64,000 bases of DNA from Paragordius varius (lineage: Eukaryota > Animalia > Nematomorpha): the NCBI GenBank assembly GCA_964247055.1, contig OZ176050.1:4154001-4218000 (forward strand), written 5' to 3'. The position numbers and the translations under genes are program-made. The notes beneath the pieces are model-generated. The model was not told the origin of the DNA, made no database searches, and saw nothing but the letters and a program-made list of their open reading frames with translations. Shown piece after piece: positions 14,408 to 26,800 of this stretch (positions within the stretch are counted from its first letter, which is position 1; each line of letters opens with the position of its first letter).

Positions 14408-14702
14408 CAGTGGTTCCCTCCTTATTTTGTTCACGCCCCACCAAATTGACAAAAAATTCTTGCGCCCCCCTCCTCCCCTTCCCAAAAAAAACAAATGTAA
14501 AAATGTAAAATTTATTTTAGTATTTTAAAAATCATAATCAATAAAATACTTTCTGCAATCGTTGAAATATTATTACCATGTCTGGGACAAATCTTCATAA
14601 TTTGTCCGTGAGATTCTAATTAACCTTTAATTGTTTCTATATTTATTTTTCAATGGAATTGTCCAAATTTTTTACTCCCCCCGCCCCTTTTCGGAACCAC
14701 TG
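14408..14702. mobile_element. hAT-type MITE (~295 bp)
   Basis: TIR CAGTGGTTCC...GGAACCACTG. Flanks CTCTAAAG / TTCTAAAT form a degenerate 8-bp TSD resembling the Charlie-type NTCTAGAN target. Confidence 0.8.
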
Positions 14703-14870
14703 TTCTAAATAATTATACGCCAATTAAGTTTGGTATTCTCAGGGTATTTTTCGATTTTGGATTTGAAATCAGAAAAAGTTATGCCGTTACTGCCAAATTA
14801 ACCAAAATAGAGCATGTCATTTTGGGTACATTATGTTAAATATTTTTAATGTATAAATCAATTAAACTAA

Positions 14871-15212
14871 TATACCATTTAAATTTAAATTCCCACTTGA
14901 ACAATTCAAATTCACCCTCGAACAATTCAAACCTTAAAGACAAATTCATAAATTAAATTATGTGTTTTCGGGATAATATAACTCATCATCAATATGAAAT
15001 ATATCTTTACGATATAGTTTATTGTTTTTTCAGCATTATATTAATTTTAAACAGAATTTCATATTTTAAAATATTATAAAATAAAGGTAATTATTAATCT
15101 TAAAAAACACATAAGTTATTTTGTGAATTCGAATTGTTCGACGGTGAATTTGAATTGTTCAAGGGTGAATTTAAAATCTTTAAGGGTGAATTTGAAATGT
15201 AAATGATACATA
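14871..15212. mobile_element. MITE family C, copy 1
   Basis: Termini TATACCATTT...AAATGATACATA with subterminal repeated GAACAATTC/AAATTCACCC motifs in inverted orientation. Homologous to ~16661-16900 and 20925-21437. Confidence 0.75.
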
Positions 15213-16660
15213 TTATATGTCAGCATTTTTCTCAATCATTTTTTATATGGGCGTCTGAAAACATTTGCGAAAATTTTAAGAGCAAAAAAGCCGTGATGTC
15301 GCAATTTAATTTTTAGATATAATTATTAATCCCTAAAATTTAGTAACATTTAGTAAAAGGGTAGTTTGTACAACTTATTATGTGAAAATGTTTTTGAAAC
15401 CTATTGTCACTGAAAATATCATATTGTCCAAATCAGAAAGTCTTTCTTTCAAATATGTGTCTATTTTAACGTTGAAACTTATTAGTTGTGTTTGCATTTT
15501 ATTTACATATTTGTTGCACTGAAGTCCTTAACACACTCGATTTATTTTATAAAAGTTTTTACGATAATTGGAATTGTTGCATATCTTATTCCATATTTTG
15601 CATACCATAACACTTGAATTCAATATATTCATTTAAGTCTTTCAACACAAATGGGGTCGGGTCGTTGGTGACCACAGGCCTGTATAAAATCAAATACATC
15701 AAATATGCAATAAATTGAAACTATTGAAAAAGTTTTCTCTTATATAACATTGATGAAATATAAAAAAAAGATTTATTTAAAAAAACTTATATTATTGTAT
15801 GGTAAACCTGAGGGTAATTCATGTGTGCATTAGCTAAATATAAAAACAATGCAAAATAAACCATATTTTTCTATATATTAATGTTAGAGATAGGGTTTTA
15901 ATGGAAAATTAATTAAATTTTAGTGTTAGAAGTAAACATGTGAAAATTATGTAAAATAAAAATGGTGTTGAAGTCTTTTTATATGGGGGTTTTTCAAAAC
16001 TGAATTTTATTTGGCAATATAGTTGTTAGTATAAAAGCATATTCAAATTGGAGTCCCTTTCAGTAGTTTTTCATAATATCAAATTAAAGTTCTGGATTCA
16101 CTAGTTACTCCAATTGGAATCAAAGTATTAAATACCACTTTGATAAATTTCATTTTAAAATGCAATCTCAAATATGTTTAATAAATCGCTGTTTTTTGCA
16201 TTTGACCACTTTAACAAACTCTCACAGTTTAAGTTTTCGCCCATCTAAATGAATCAAACATTGGAACACACACAATGTTGACTTATTAATAAATTTGATA
16301 TATATGTCTTTAGGCATTTAGCTCATTAATATATTATCATGTGGTAGTAAATGAATGGTTTTCAATATTGACAAATATGGATATAATTACATATTTGATT
16401 CAATTAATAAGTTATAATAGATACACTTTAAAATTTTTATACCTTAATAAATTTGACAAGTGTGTTTGTTTTATTATAAATTTAGAACACATTTGGTCCG
16501 TTATAATTATTTGAAAAATGCGATGTTTTCTTTAATTTGTAACTTTGAATATAATATAATAAAATTTAGCTCAATTTTTTAAGTAGAGAAGACCACATGA
16601 TAAACACAATCCATAAAAAATTTGAAATTTTTGATGTTTGTAAGGTGGACTTTTTAAAAT

Positions 16661-16900
16661 TATACGTATAATCAAATTCAACCTAAAAATAATTGGGTTT
16701 TTAGGATAATATAAATCATCATTAATATGAAATATATCTTTGATAAATTTAATATTATTTCAGTATTATTTTAATGTTAAACAAATAACAAATAAAAAAT
16801 ATAAGTACTATTTAATCTTAAAAAACACAATTTATTTTTAGGGTGAATTATTGTTCAAGGGTGAATCTGAATAAGGGTTAATTTAAATTGAAGTGGTGCT
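16661..16900. mobile_element. MITE family C, degenerate copy
   Basis: Shares the internal ...AATATGAAATATATCTTT...CAGTATTATTTT...AATCTTAAAAAACACA... core and the GGGTGAAT repeats. Confidence 0.65.
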
Positions 16901-17520
16901 AAGGTAACCACTATTTTTACATAACAACTTTTTAAATAATTTATAATGTTTTCAATAAATTTATTTAAAACTAAAATGCAGAGTCATCCTCATAAATCAA
17001 TATATATATAATTAATTAAACGCGACCTACGTAACGCATAAATCACCTTAAAACCATACCTAACGCATAAATAAGATTACGTAATTTATATAAACATACT
17101 TTTTACATTAATTTTATGCTCTTATATAGATTTAAGGCAGTAGTTAATTAAGTTTTATCCTAAAAAATATTTGTGTTTCGAAGTTGTTTTTTTAGAGATT
17201 ATCTAACAAATTAGTTGTGCTGATTAATGATTATCAACAAGGTAATAAAAGACGTATGCCTATTAATAAATTTAATTTTTCAAATTGAACTAAAAGTATA
17301 AAAATATATTTATCTATATGTTTAAATTTTTTAAAATTTATATATGTTTAAATTAATTTTCTTCTAATTAATTTCAAAATATTTATCAATAAGTTTTCCA
17401 TGTTTCATGTTAAGTTAAAATTAAATTTATGCGACAATATAATGATAATATTGCATGGTTATTTAAAGACGTAAACGTCCTAATAGTATTATAGAATTCG
17501 ATATTATAAAATTTGCCAAA

Positions 17521-18891
17521 ATGTTTGATATAAATGACATAAATATGTCCCATGATTTCTCAACATGCCAGTCCAATCAAATTCAGAGTAGGAAAGAACT
17601 TTCCTGGGATTTACTCACCGTTTTAAATATAATTATTTTGCCCACACTGCTTGTTTTGGGGCTGATGGGTAATACATTGGGCATTTTGATTTTACGTAAG
17701 ATACGTCAGCGATTCTCCATTAACAGTGCATCAAATTATTTGTATTACTACTATCTCACATGGATAGCATGGTTGAATATAATCACATGCATTTTTTACG
17801 CGTTTAGGGTAGGCGAAAAGTTACGTAAATTTGGTCAAAATACCATAATTTACCATAACAAAGTTTGGTTAGTTTTTATTGGCCATTATACACTCATTTT
17901 TATAAATGGATTCTTTGGTGCTTCGGTCCTTGTCCTTTGTTTAATTCTTTGGGATCGATACAAGAATTTGAAAAGCCCGTTCGAATATGCTCGAATGATT
18001 GCACACGCGGATTGGCGTTTCCATTTACTGTTTTATCTCCCATTAGTTTTTACCATAGCGTCTAACACTATGTGTTGCAGTAGTTATGTTTGGTATCAAG
18101 TGCATGCATGCCTTCTACCCTACAAAAACTTAAGTTATAATCTAACCGATGTTTCTATATTAACCAAAACGATTTCTATCTTAGAGTCATATAATAATAA
18201 TGCAAACGAAACCAATAGACTTAGATTTTACATACATCGTGAAAAAATTGTCAAACACATTGAACGTTATGACTACTTTAGGATATGCTTATTGTCAATT
18301 CTACCTGGGTTAGTTATACTATATTATGGAGTCTGGGTTACGAATCTCCTCGTAAAATTTTTACATAATCGTTCAACCATTATAAGAAAAAGTCGGATAA
18401 ACCAGGTCAATCACAGTAGTTTTAATGGTAGTTCAGTTTTTACACAAAATCCTACACAACAATTATTTATCGCGAAGGAGAAATCTACTACGCTATATGT
18501 CCCCAATGTAAACACTCCAACAAGTATTGAAGAACAGCTGAATGGATCTCAAGTTGCAGAACCGAATTTGGAGCAATTTGATAAAAATCGGAAAACTAAA
18601 ATAATTGCAAGGAATTTATCAGCTCTCATATACTTTGTTATGTATTGTGTCCTGGAAATTCCTAACATAATAGTTCTCTTGTTCAAAAATAACTTGACAC
18701 ACAATGAAACATTTATTGATATATCAAATTTGTTGGAGATGATGTTTTTTACCCTCAATTTTTACGTGTATATGGCGTTTGATAAGAATTTTCATCGACA
18801 AATACGTAACGTTTTTAATATTTTGATTGGAGTAAAACGACAAAATATTGCTGTTACATCCGTAGTTAATGCAGGAACAAGTGCACCCTAA
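17521..18891 (+). CDS. Intronless class A GPCR, paralog 3
   Basis: 456-aa ORF, near-identical to paralog 2 across the TM helices (LGLMGN, LWDRY, NFYVY). Confidence 0.88.
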   Translation: MFDINDINMSHDFSTCQSNQIQSRKELSWDLLTVLNIIILPTLLVLGLMGNTLGILILRKIRQRFSINSASNYLYYYYLTWIAWLNIITCIFYAFRVGEKLRKFGQNTIIYHNKVWLVFIGHYTLIFINGFFGASVLVLCLILWDRYKNLKSPFEYARMIAHADWRFHLLFYLPLVFTIASNTMCCSSYVWYQVHACLLPYKNLSYNLTDVSILTKTISILESYNNNANETNRLRFYIHREKIVKHIERYDYFRICLLSILPGLVILYYGVWVTNLLVKFLHNRSTIIRKSRINQVNHSSFNGSSVFTQNPTQQLFIAKEKSTTLYVPNVNTPTSIEEQLNGSQVAEPNLEQFDKNRKTKIIARNLSALIYFVMYCVLEIPNIIVLLFKNNLTHNETFIDISNLLEMMFFTLNFYVYMAFDKNFHRQIRNVFNILIGVKRQNIAVTSVVNAGTSAP

Positions 18892-19943
18892 GTTGCCATA
18901 TTTAAATGTAAAATATTTACCCACTTTATAAAACAAATATAGTTTAGGCATTTTGATTTTGCAATATACTCTAATATTATTTAAACTTTATGAAATTGGC
19001 ATCCGAAGTCAAGTTGCGTAAATTAACTTGGTTTTTGTATTCATTCATAAGTAAACCTCGTTTTAATATAATAACTAAAATAATTGCAGTAGGTTTCATT
19101 TGCTATGCATGGGAATTTTTGTTGCAAATAAAATTGATGAAAGAATACATCCTTCGCAACGTTCCCGTGTCGGCACTGTTTCCCATGACATTATTACAGT
19201 GGTATTCACCAAAGCTTGACGGGCCGCATACAAAATGTTTTTTTGCTAAAGGAGCACAGCCCAGTACCGACAAATAATGTATAGTTTTATATGCGGGTAC
19301 TTATAAAACTAATCAGTATATCAAGATTTGCGGTTATACACAAATATTTTGTAATGAACTCTTCTACAAAATGGCCTTATTTAAATATAAACCTATATTT
19401 TTGACAAATCTGATTATTATAACAGGCCAATCTATGGTCGCATCCCTGTGTCTCTTAACATATTTTCTTTTGAAGTATGCCTCCTCGATGTATTGTAACA
19501 AAACAAAAGGATAATATAGGTTTTATCATTTAATATTTATTTACATTTTTAAAAACTCATTAACCCTTATCTTTTGAAATTTCTTTCTAATTTGATTCCA
19601 ACTAAAATTTTTATGATCGATGAATTCAGATGCGTATGATCAAAACCGAAGCATATATTTAAATGAAAGCAAAAATCGTATCATAAATTAAAATTCTATA
19701 ATTGAGAAATTACGGAATCCAACGAAATTTTTTAAATAACTAAAAAATGAATAAATATCAATCGACTCAAAAAATTTATATTTGTAATCAAAAATTTTTT
19801 TTATTCAGAATCATAAAAAAGCACCTCTACGGCTGCGGTGTGATTATTACTGATTTCGATTTGAAAAATACATTTGAAGGCATTTTAATTAGATTATTTT
19901 AATACACATGCTCTTATTATAATTTTTTATGGTATGCAATTAA

Positions 19944-20518
19944 CACTTCGATCCAAATTGGGGTATCTAAATACCCCAGACTAAATTTAAATTAAAATTT
20001 TTAAAAAACTACTGAAGGAAACGGTCCCAATTTAAGTTTATGCTTCTATCCTGATAAATATTATATAAATATGCCAAAATATCTTGATAAAATTTTGTTT
20101 TGAAAAAAACGTTCCATCTCAAACTACTTCATTTTTATTTTACAAAAATTTTGCAAAATAGCGTCTTCATTTAATTTTAAGTGTAAAACTAAAGCTTATT
20201 TTTTATATAATTTACATCTAACATTGATAGATATAAAAAAGCGGTTTATTTTGTATTATTTTTTAATTTTACAATTTGACACATGTCACGTTGACTAAAT
20301 TTTTACCTTTCAGTTTTAGCTCAAAATAAGTAATATCAAGTATTTTTGAATAAAATTTTTTATATATTTCTGTTTATTAATGTTATATAAGTGCAAAATT
20401 TTGCCCTGGTTTTGATTGCTTCCATACTTTTTAAAGAATTTTATTTTAAACAGGCCTGGGGTATCCAACTACCCCAATTTGAATCGAAGGACTAAAATGA
20501 GTGTGTTGTATCCAAGTG
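19944..20518. mobile_element. Non-autonomous piggyBac-like element (575 bp)
   Basis: Flanked by TTAA on both sides (19940-43, 20519-22). Termini CACTTCGAT / (rc)CACTTGGAT. Subterminal IR TTCGAT.CAAATTGGGGTA lies immediately inside one end but ~30 bp inside the other. Confidence 0.8.
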
Positions 20519-20806
20519 TTAAAGTTACGAATAAAATATCGATGTATTCGATTTCTGAATCGATATAAACATACATACCAGTAAGTTTTTTTGTGTTATA
20601 TTTTAAACTCATGGTTAAAGTACCATTCATAAATAACATTGCCCCCAAAAAGTCATTTCCCATCTAAATGCCCGTTTAATCCTTACTTATAACATTTTGG
20701 CCAATTTTTTTGTACAGTCCCATGTTTTTCACCAAAAACGGTTTGACAGCATATGTACATAAATATAATTATAAAAATATTTATTATATAGTCGATTGCT
20801 TTACAT

Positions 20807-23800
20807 TCAATATATCAAAAATCACAACGCTGTAAAGGGTTCATTGGACTTCCAATGGGACATGAAAATGCGTCTGCAAAATGTTTAATCTGCGAAAGCA
20901 CTGCATTAGCCCTGCCAATATAAATATACCATTTACAGTTCAAATTCACCCTTAAATAATTTAAAACCCTTGAACAATTCTAATTAATTGAAAAATATAA
21001 ATCATTTTCGACACGTTAATAGTATAAAAAATATGGAAATTTATTTAAAACGTGTCATAGAATAAATAAAATTTGCGTACGGTTTCGGACATTTTAACGT
21101 GTGTCCGTCCTCAGCGTTAAAAAAATTATATAAATGAGTATGGATAAAATGGTTCTTTATATACAAAATTAACCCTTAAACAATTCGAATTCACCCTAAA
21201 AATAATTATGTGTTTTTGAACTAATATAACTCATTATTAATATAAAATATATCTTTATGGCATAGTTTATTATTTTTTCAGTATTATTTTTATTATAAAA
21301 CAAAATATTTTGTAAAAATATATAAAATTAGGTAATTTTTAATCCTAAATAACATATAATTTATTTGAGGGTGAATTTGAAATGTTCGAGGGTGAATTTG
21401 AATTGTTTAAGGGTGTATTTGAATTGTAAATGGTATATATAATGTTAATCATTTTAGTATATTTGTGATATATTTTATAAGTACTTATCCAATCATGTGT
21501 CAAATAAACCTTGAATATTACATATTATCCGCTAAATATTAGGATAAATTTATTATTGATTGGGCTTGAAACTGAAAGCCTTCATGTGTCGAGATTTTTA
21601 TTTTAATTTAAAGATGAACAAATATGAAAGAAAATTAACAATTTTATATTTTTTAAAAAATTTTCTTATAATGTCAAAAGGCCAATTTCTTAAATTAAAA
21701 TTGATTTAATTGGTTTGTCAAATACACCAAATGATAATGAAGCATACCAACGTTCAAATAAATATATAATTAGTTTCTGAAATTTTTAAATTAATACTCA
21801 TTTTTTTTAATTTACTGCCATAAAAACATAATCAAAATTAAATTATATTTATAATAAACAGTTAGTGACAAATTTTGTATCCAATGAGTTACAAGTTAAA
21901 ATATATAATATATGTACAATACCTGATCTTATTCGTGCTATGGGAGTTCGATTTAAGGTAATTTATTAATGTTTCGTTGGATGTCGTTCCACACTGATTC
22001 TAAACATATTGATTTATTACATTTATGTAGAAAGTTAATTTTATAATGAAATACGTCGACCATGCTCATTTTGATATAGATTTTTTTTTATTCATTTCCA
22101 AAATAGCAAACTAAATTATTTTCTTATTGAAATATTTCAAAGATTTTAACAATGCATAATGGTGTCGTGCTGTTGGTTTTGGGGCGAGTTATCAAAGAAA
22201 GTTACATCAAATTTTATCATAATGTCTGCAAATTAAATATCTTATAGTTTTATTTAATTGTCTATGCTTCAATCCAAATTGTATGGTCAATATTTTCCAA
22301 TTTTATTTAAAGGGATGACATTGTTTATATTTATCTTTAAGGTTTTGAAAGTTAAACCTTACTGTAGGCAATGCCCTTTCAAAAAACATAAGAAGGACGT
22401 AATTTATTAATAAACTTAGGCACTCACGTAAGCATATGATGCAAACAGTATTTGTTCATCCGTCAAATTAACACCTTTTATGGTGAGGTAATGGGACATC
22501 CGTTTATTCTGCATTTGGTTTTGGAATAGGTCCGTCCTATACATTTTGTAAGCCTATCATACATAAATAGTGTTTTGCAGAATATTTTTTTATTTAAATT
22601 AAATAATAATAATTTAAAATCTAAATGTAAAATGTCCAAGCCCCCTTTATATGATTCATGATATATATTACATCATCTTAATACGTTTTACAGCTATTTA
22701 CAAATAAAATATTAAAATGAGACAATTTATACTTAAATATCTATCAAGTCAATCAGAAACGAATGATTTAAAAGAATGGTTTTCAATAACGACTTATCAG
22801 CCAGCTTCTTATATTTTATTGGGTTTTGTCGATCCAGAATTCATGACCACCCTTTTTATTATCTAAAAGGTGGTGATTTTTTAACAAAATAGATAGTTTA
22901 TATTTGAAAAAGCAAACGAAAATATTTTTTATAAAAATTATATTTTAAAATATCATTTAAGAACGGCCGAAATGTACCTTAAGCGCAAATATAAGGCCAA
23001 ATATATCACTTAAATCCTCTTCGATAGCTGTGCGATTTAGATCATTCCACTAAATTTAGCATAAATTAGCAGAAACCTCTTTATAATAATTCCACTTATA
23101 TGTATCCAATTTGGATTTTACACACCGTGTATAATTGTAAAAATCTGTATGAGCTTTGGCATTCCAATGACTGGTCCCAAAATTTTCAGCCAAAATATCT
23201 GAATTAAACATTATATAAAATTTATCTAAGAATTGTTATACACCTCTGATATGATTTAAGTTTAATTTATATTAGAAATCCCTAACTTTTATTAACAGCT
23301 AATTGTACCGTAGATTATTAAACATTACAAATGGGAAAATGTTTATTTAAACAAAATTTAAATGGTAATTATATTTATTTGAAAAGAATATGTTCAATAC
23401 CATGTTCAATAAAGGAATGTGAATATTCGTGACCCATTGTTTTACCAATTCCCCCAAAAGTAACTGGCCTAAAAATTTTAGATTAAAATTAGGATTGGGT
23501 CTGAATTGTTATGAATGCATTTATAACTGTATTGTATGGATTTCACCCATAAAGTTATGAAATATATATGTATATAAATTATGTTAAAACTGGCCTTAAA
23601 CTACAAACAATCAAATGTAATCGCACTTTAAAACTAGTTAAAAGTTTTGAACATAGCTTAGATATGGGTTATATGGAGGTTGAAACTGTACTTATTGTAA
23701 GTATGCAACGCTAAAAGATAAGTAATTGGTAATAAATAATTTTAGTCTTTTTGACTGTTATCAGGTATTACATTAATTAGTGGTCAAAATTTAATTATTT

Positions 23801-26800
23801 TTATGAGTCAATAATCAACTCTAAAACTCTTACTGTAAATTTTGTAGACTAACATACGGGTATTGAAACATTGCTGGATAAATTTCTAGCAAATAATTAA
23901 TTGGTACCATAAATACCTATTTTATCTGTAGGGTAGGAGTAATAAAGCGCATTGATTGTGTCTATTCCCAGGGCCCAACTATTAACACATCAGTAATTAA
24001 ATATAATTTTTAAAAAATTATATATCATTAATCCATTAAACAATACTTATAATAAAAAAAGTACTATTTTTGGGCTTTAATACGATATCTATGCCATATT
24101 TAAGTGGATGCCTTATTCGAATAGAATGTCGATTTAAATTAATGGAAAAATGCTGCGAAAATTAACCATTAAAACTATATGTCTGTTGTACGGCCAATTG
24201 CTATCAAAATAGTATCGTTATATATCGCTGGTTGAAATTATTAGAAATTATTTTCAGCAAATTAAATCATAAACAAAAATAATAATAATCAAAATGCACA
24301 AAATTTACTCCATGTCATCTCGCTTAAAAAGTCTTTTGAATTGATTCCTCTGTTTCATGGCTAAGAGCTGGATGTTGTTTGCAAAAAAATCATCGGGATA
24401 AATGGTCAACTATATAAATAAAGGTACATTATAACAGATAATTTCAATATAAATTTTTTTAGCATTTTATAGGCTACAGTCACGAGCGATTTAATGACCA
24501 TTGCGATATTTAAATGGCTAAAAACTATTTATACATGTCAGTTGGTATATATAAAATTTTTTAATTTTATTTGTCACATAAAAATTATTATCCACACGAT
24601 ATTTCTTTCGACCAGGCGTCATTATCATTATACTGCCCCCTTTAATTAAACATGTAAATAATAAAAATGAATAATAACATGCCGACAGACATGTAAATTA
24701 AATCCTCTTTTAGCCATTTAAAATACCGAAATGGCCATTAATAGCTCTTTTCATTGTATCTACATGAACATAACCTACAAGTTTGGCCCCTTACTGACCG
24801 ACCATGCTCTTTATATATATAATATTAAAAAAATATTAATATAAATATTAGGTTTATCTATCGTACCTAATTTATTTAAAACTTTGAATCTAATTTATAT
24901 GCATAATTTGAATTTTTTGATCGATAATTATTTTTGAATCCAAACTATAAAAAATCAGTAAACAAAGTGTTTATAATTTTGCATGGTTGATTTTCAAGGG
25001 TTGGAGGAATGGTTTATGTAAAACCGGAATTATTTTCTTTTTTTGAAACCGTTTTTGAACAAAATTCAATTTATGGGAACCGTTTTTAGAAATATATCCA
25101 CTGTCCCTAACAGTGAAAAAAATTTAAATTTTGAACAAATTTATTTTTAAATGTTTAAACGGTAAACTTATTTTCTTATTTTGCTCTCCAATTTGAATCA
25201 TGTATTAAAATAATAAGAGATAGTGGAAAAATATGAAACTAGGACTAAAACAAATTTTGCCAAAAAATTGGAACCGTTTTTTAGTAAAAATCATTAAATT
25301 TAAACCAGATAAAATAAGAGCAATTAGGCGATAACAATTTTTAGTATATGATAATTTATTATATTCAAATACTTATTTTACATGGTTAGCCATATGCTGT
25401 TAAGGCGTATTTTTTTGATATTTTAAAGCATACTAGGATTGGTGTGGGCATGCATTATAAGTTAAATATATTCACCCAATTTCATGCCATAGAACATTCT
25501 TAGACATCAAAATTTGGTTAAAAAGTTTCCGTTTTAGCATAATCGCTACTTTAAACGATTCTTATTTTTACCTTTTCTAAATTATAACTGGATTTAAAAA
25601 AACAAATCCCGTTTCAATCGGTAACTAAAGTTTGGAAAACGTTAAAACCAAATATGATTGGACAATAGATTAGGCTAAATAAACATATTTTACCTTTTCA
25701 TAAATTTTATTCATATATTCCATATCTAACATGACTGGTGGAAATCCCAAGCGAACTTCTATATCATCAATCTATGAAGATACATAGTTTATAGGCTTTA
25801 AATATATTTGCATCTTCAAAATTAAATATTTTTTAATTGTCTTGTTGTAAAAATATATAATTTTAAAAAAATCCTAATTTTCAAACTTGTTATTGACTGT
25901 AAATGATTATACTAAAAGATTTCCTTTAGCTACTAAATTAATTGGATAAAAAACCAAAAACCAAATAAAATAGACAAATAAGCCTGCTTATTTTACCTCG
26001 TTTAGAAAATATTGAGATGTTATGAGATCTGAAAGTTTTTCACTGAAGGTTTCCACAATAGCTTTCTTTACATAATAATGGATCAATTGAATACTTTCAT
26101 ATACATCATTTGCCTATAGATATTAAAATAGAAGGGATTCAAAAAAGCATTTGGAATAAATGTATTAGTTTTTTTCTAGTTTCCAAGGGAAACAACCATA
26201 TTGTTGTATTGCGTCTTTAATTTTGTTAAAAAAAATAAGTAAATTTAAGTGACAAATTATGATTTTTTTTGGTTTTTCTTGCTTAAATCTTTATGCACAT
26301 TATGAACAAATATAAGTTGAAAAACTAAATCACATGAACGTTCCTTTATCTGTTAGCAAATCAAAAGACCCATAAATAATATGACCTTTACTATTGTCAT
26401 TTACTAATGTGCCAAATTCAGGGTCAAAACTCACCAGATTTCCGCATTCGTCACGTCATATGAGGAAAATAAAATCGTAAAACTCTCATTTTAGACCGGC
26501 TTTTTTTAATATTTTCCGCCATAAGTTTAAATTTCTGAATCAAAATGGTTAAAACGTTTAAATCAAAAATGGTTTGTAGACTGGATTTTGATTAAAAATA
26601 TTTATAATTATGTTAAGTTATATATATAAATATAAAAAATAAAACTTTATCTATGGATATGTTTGAGTTTTGGAGACTTTTGTGAAACAACAAAATGGAA
26701 AGGGGCAAAGGAAAGGCTTTTTGGGTTCGAATGCGACAAAATTCATCGTCTAAACTTATGGATTCATCATACATGTGATATACCATCATCCACAACACAT

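Noticed and set aside
8258-18951. Short antisense or alternate-frame ORFs overlapping the GPCRs (and similar ones over IRE1 and GPD2)
   Set aside because: Shadow ORFs expected within real coding sequence; no independent motifs.
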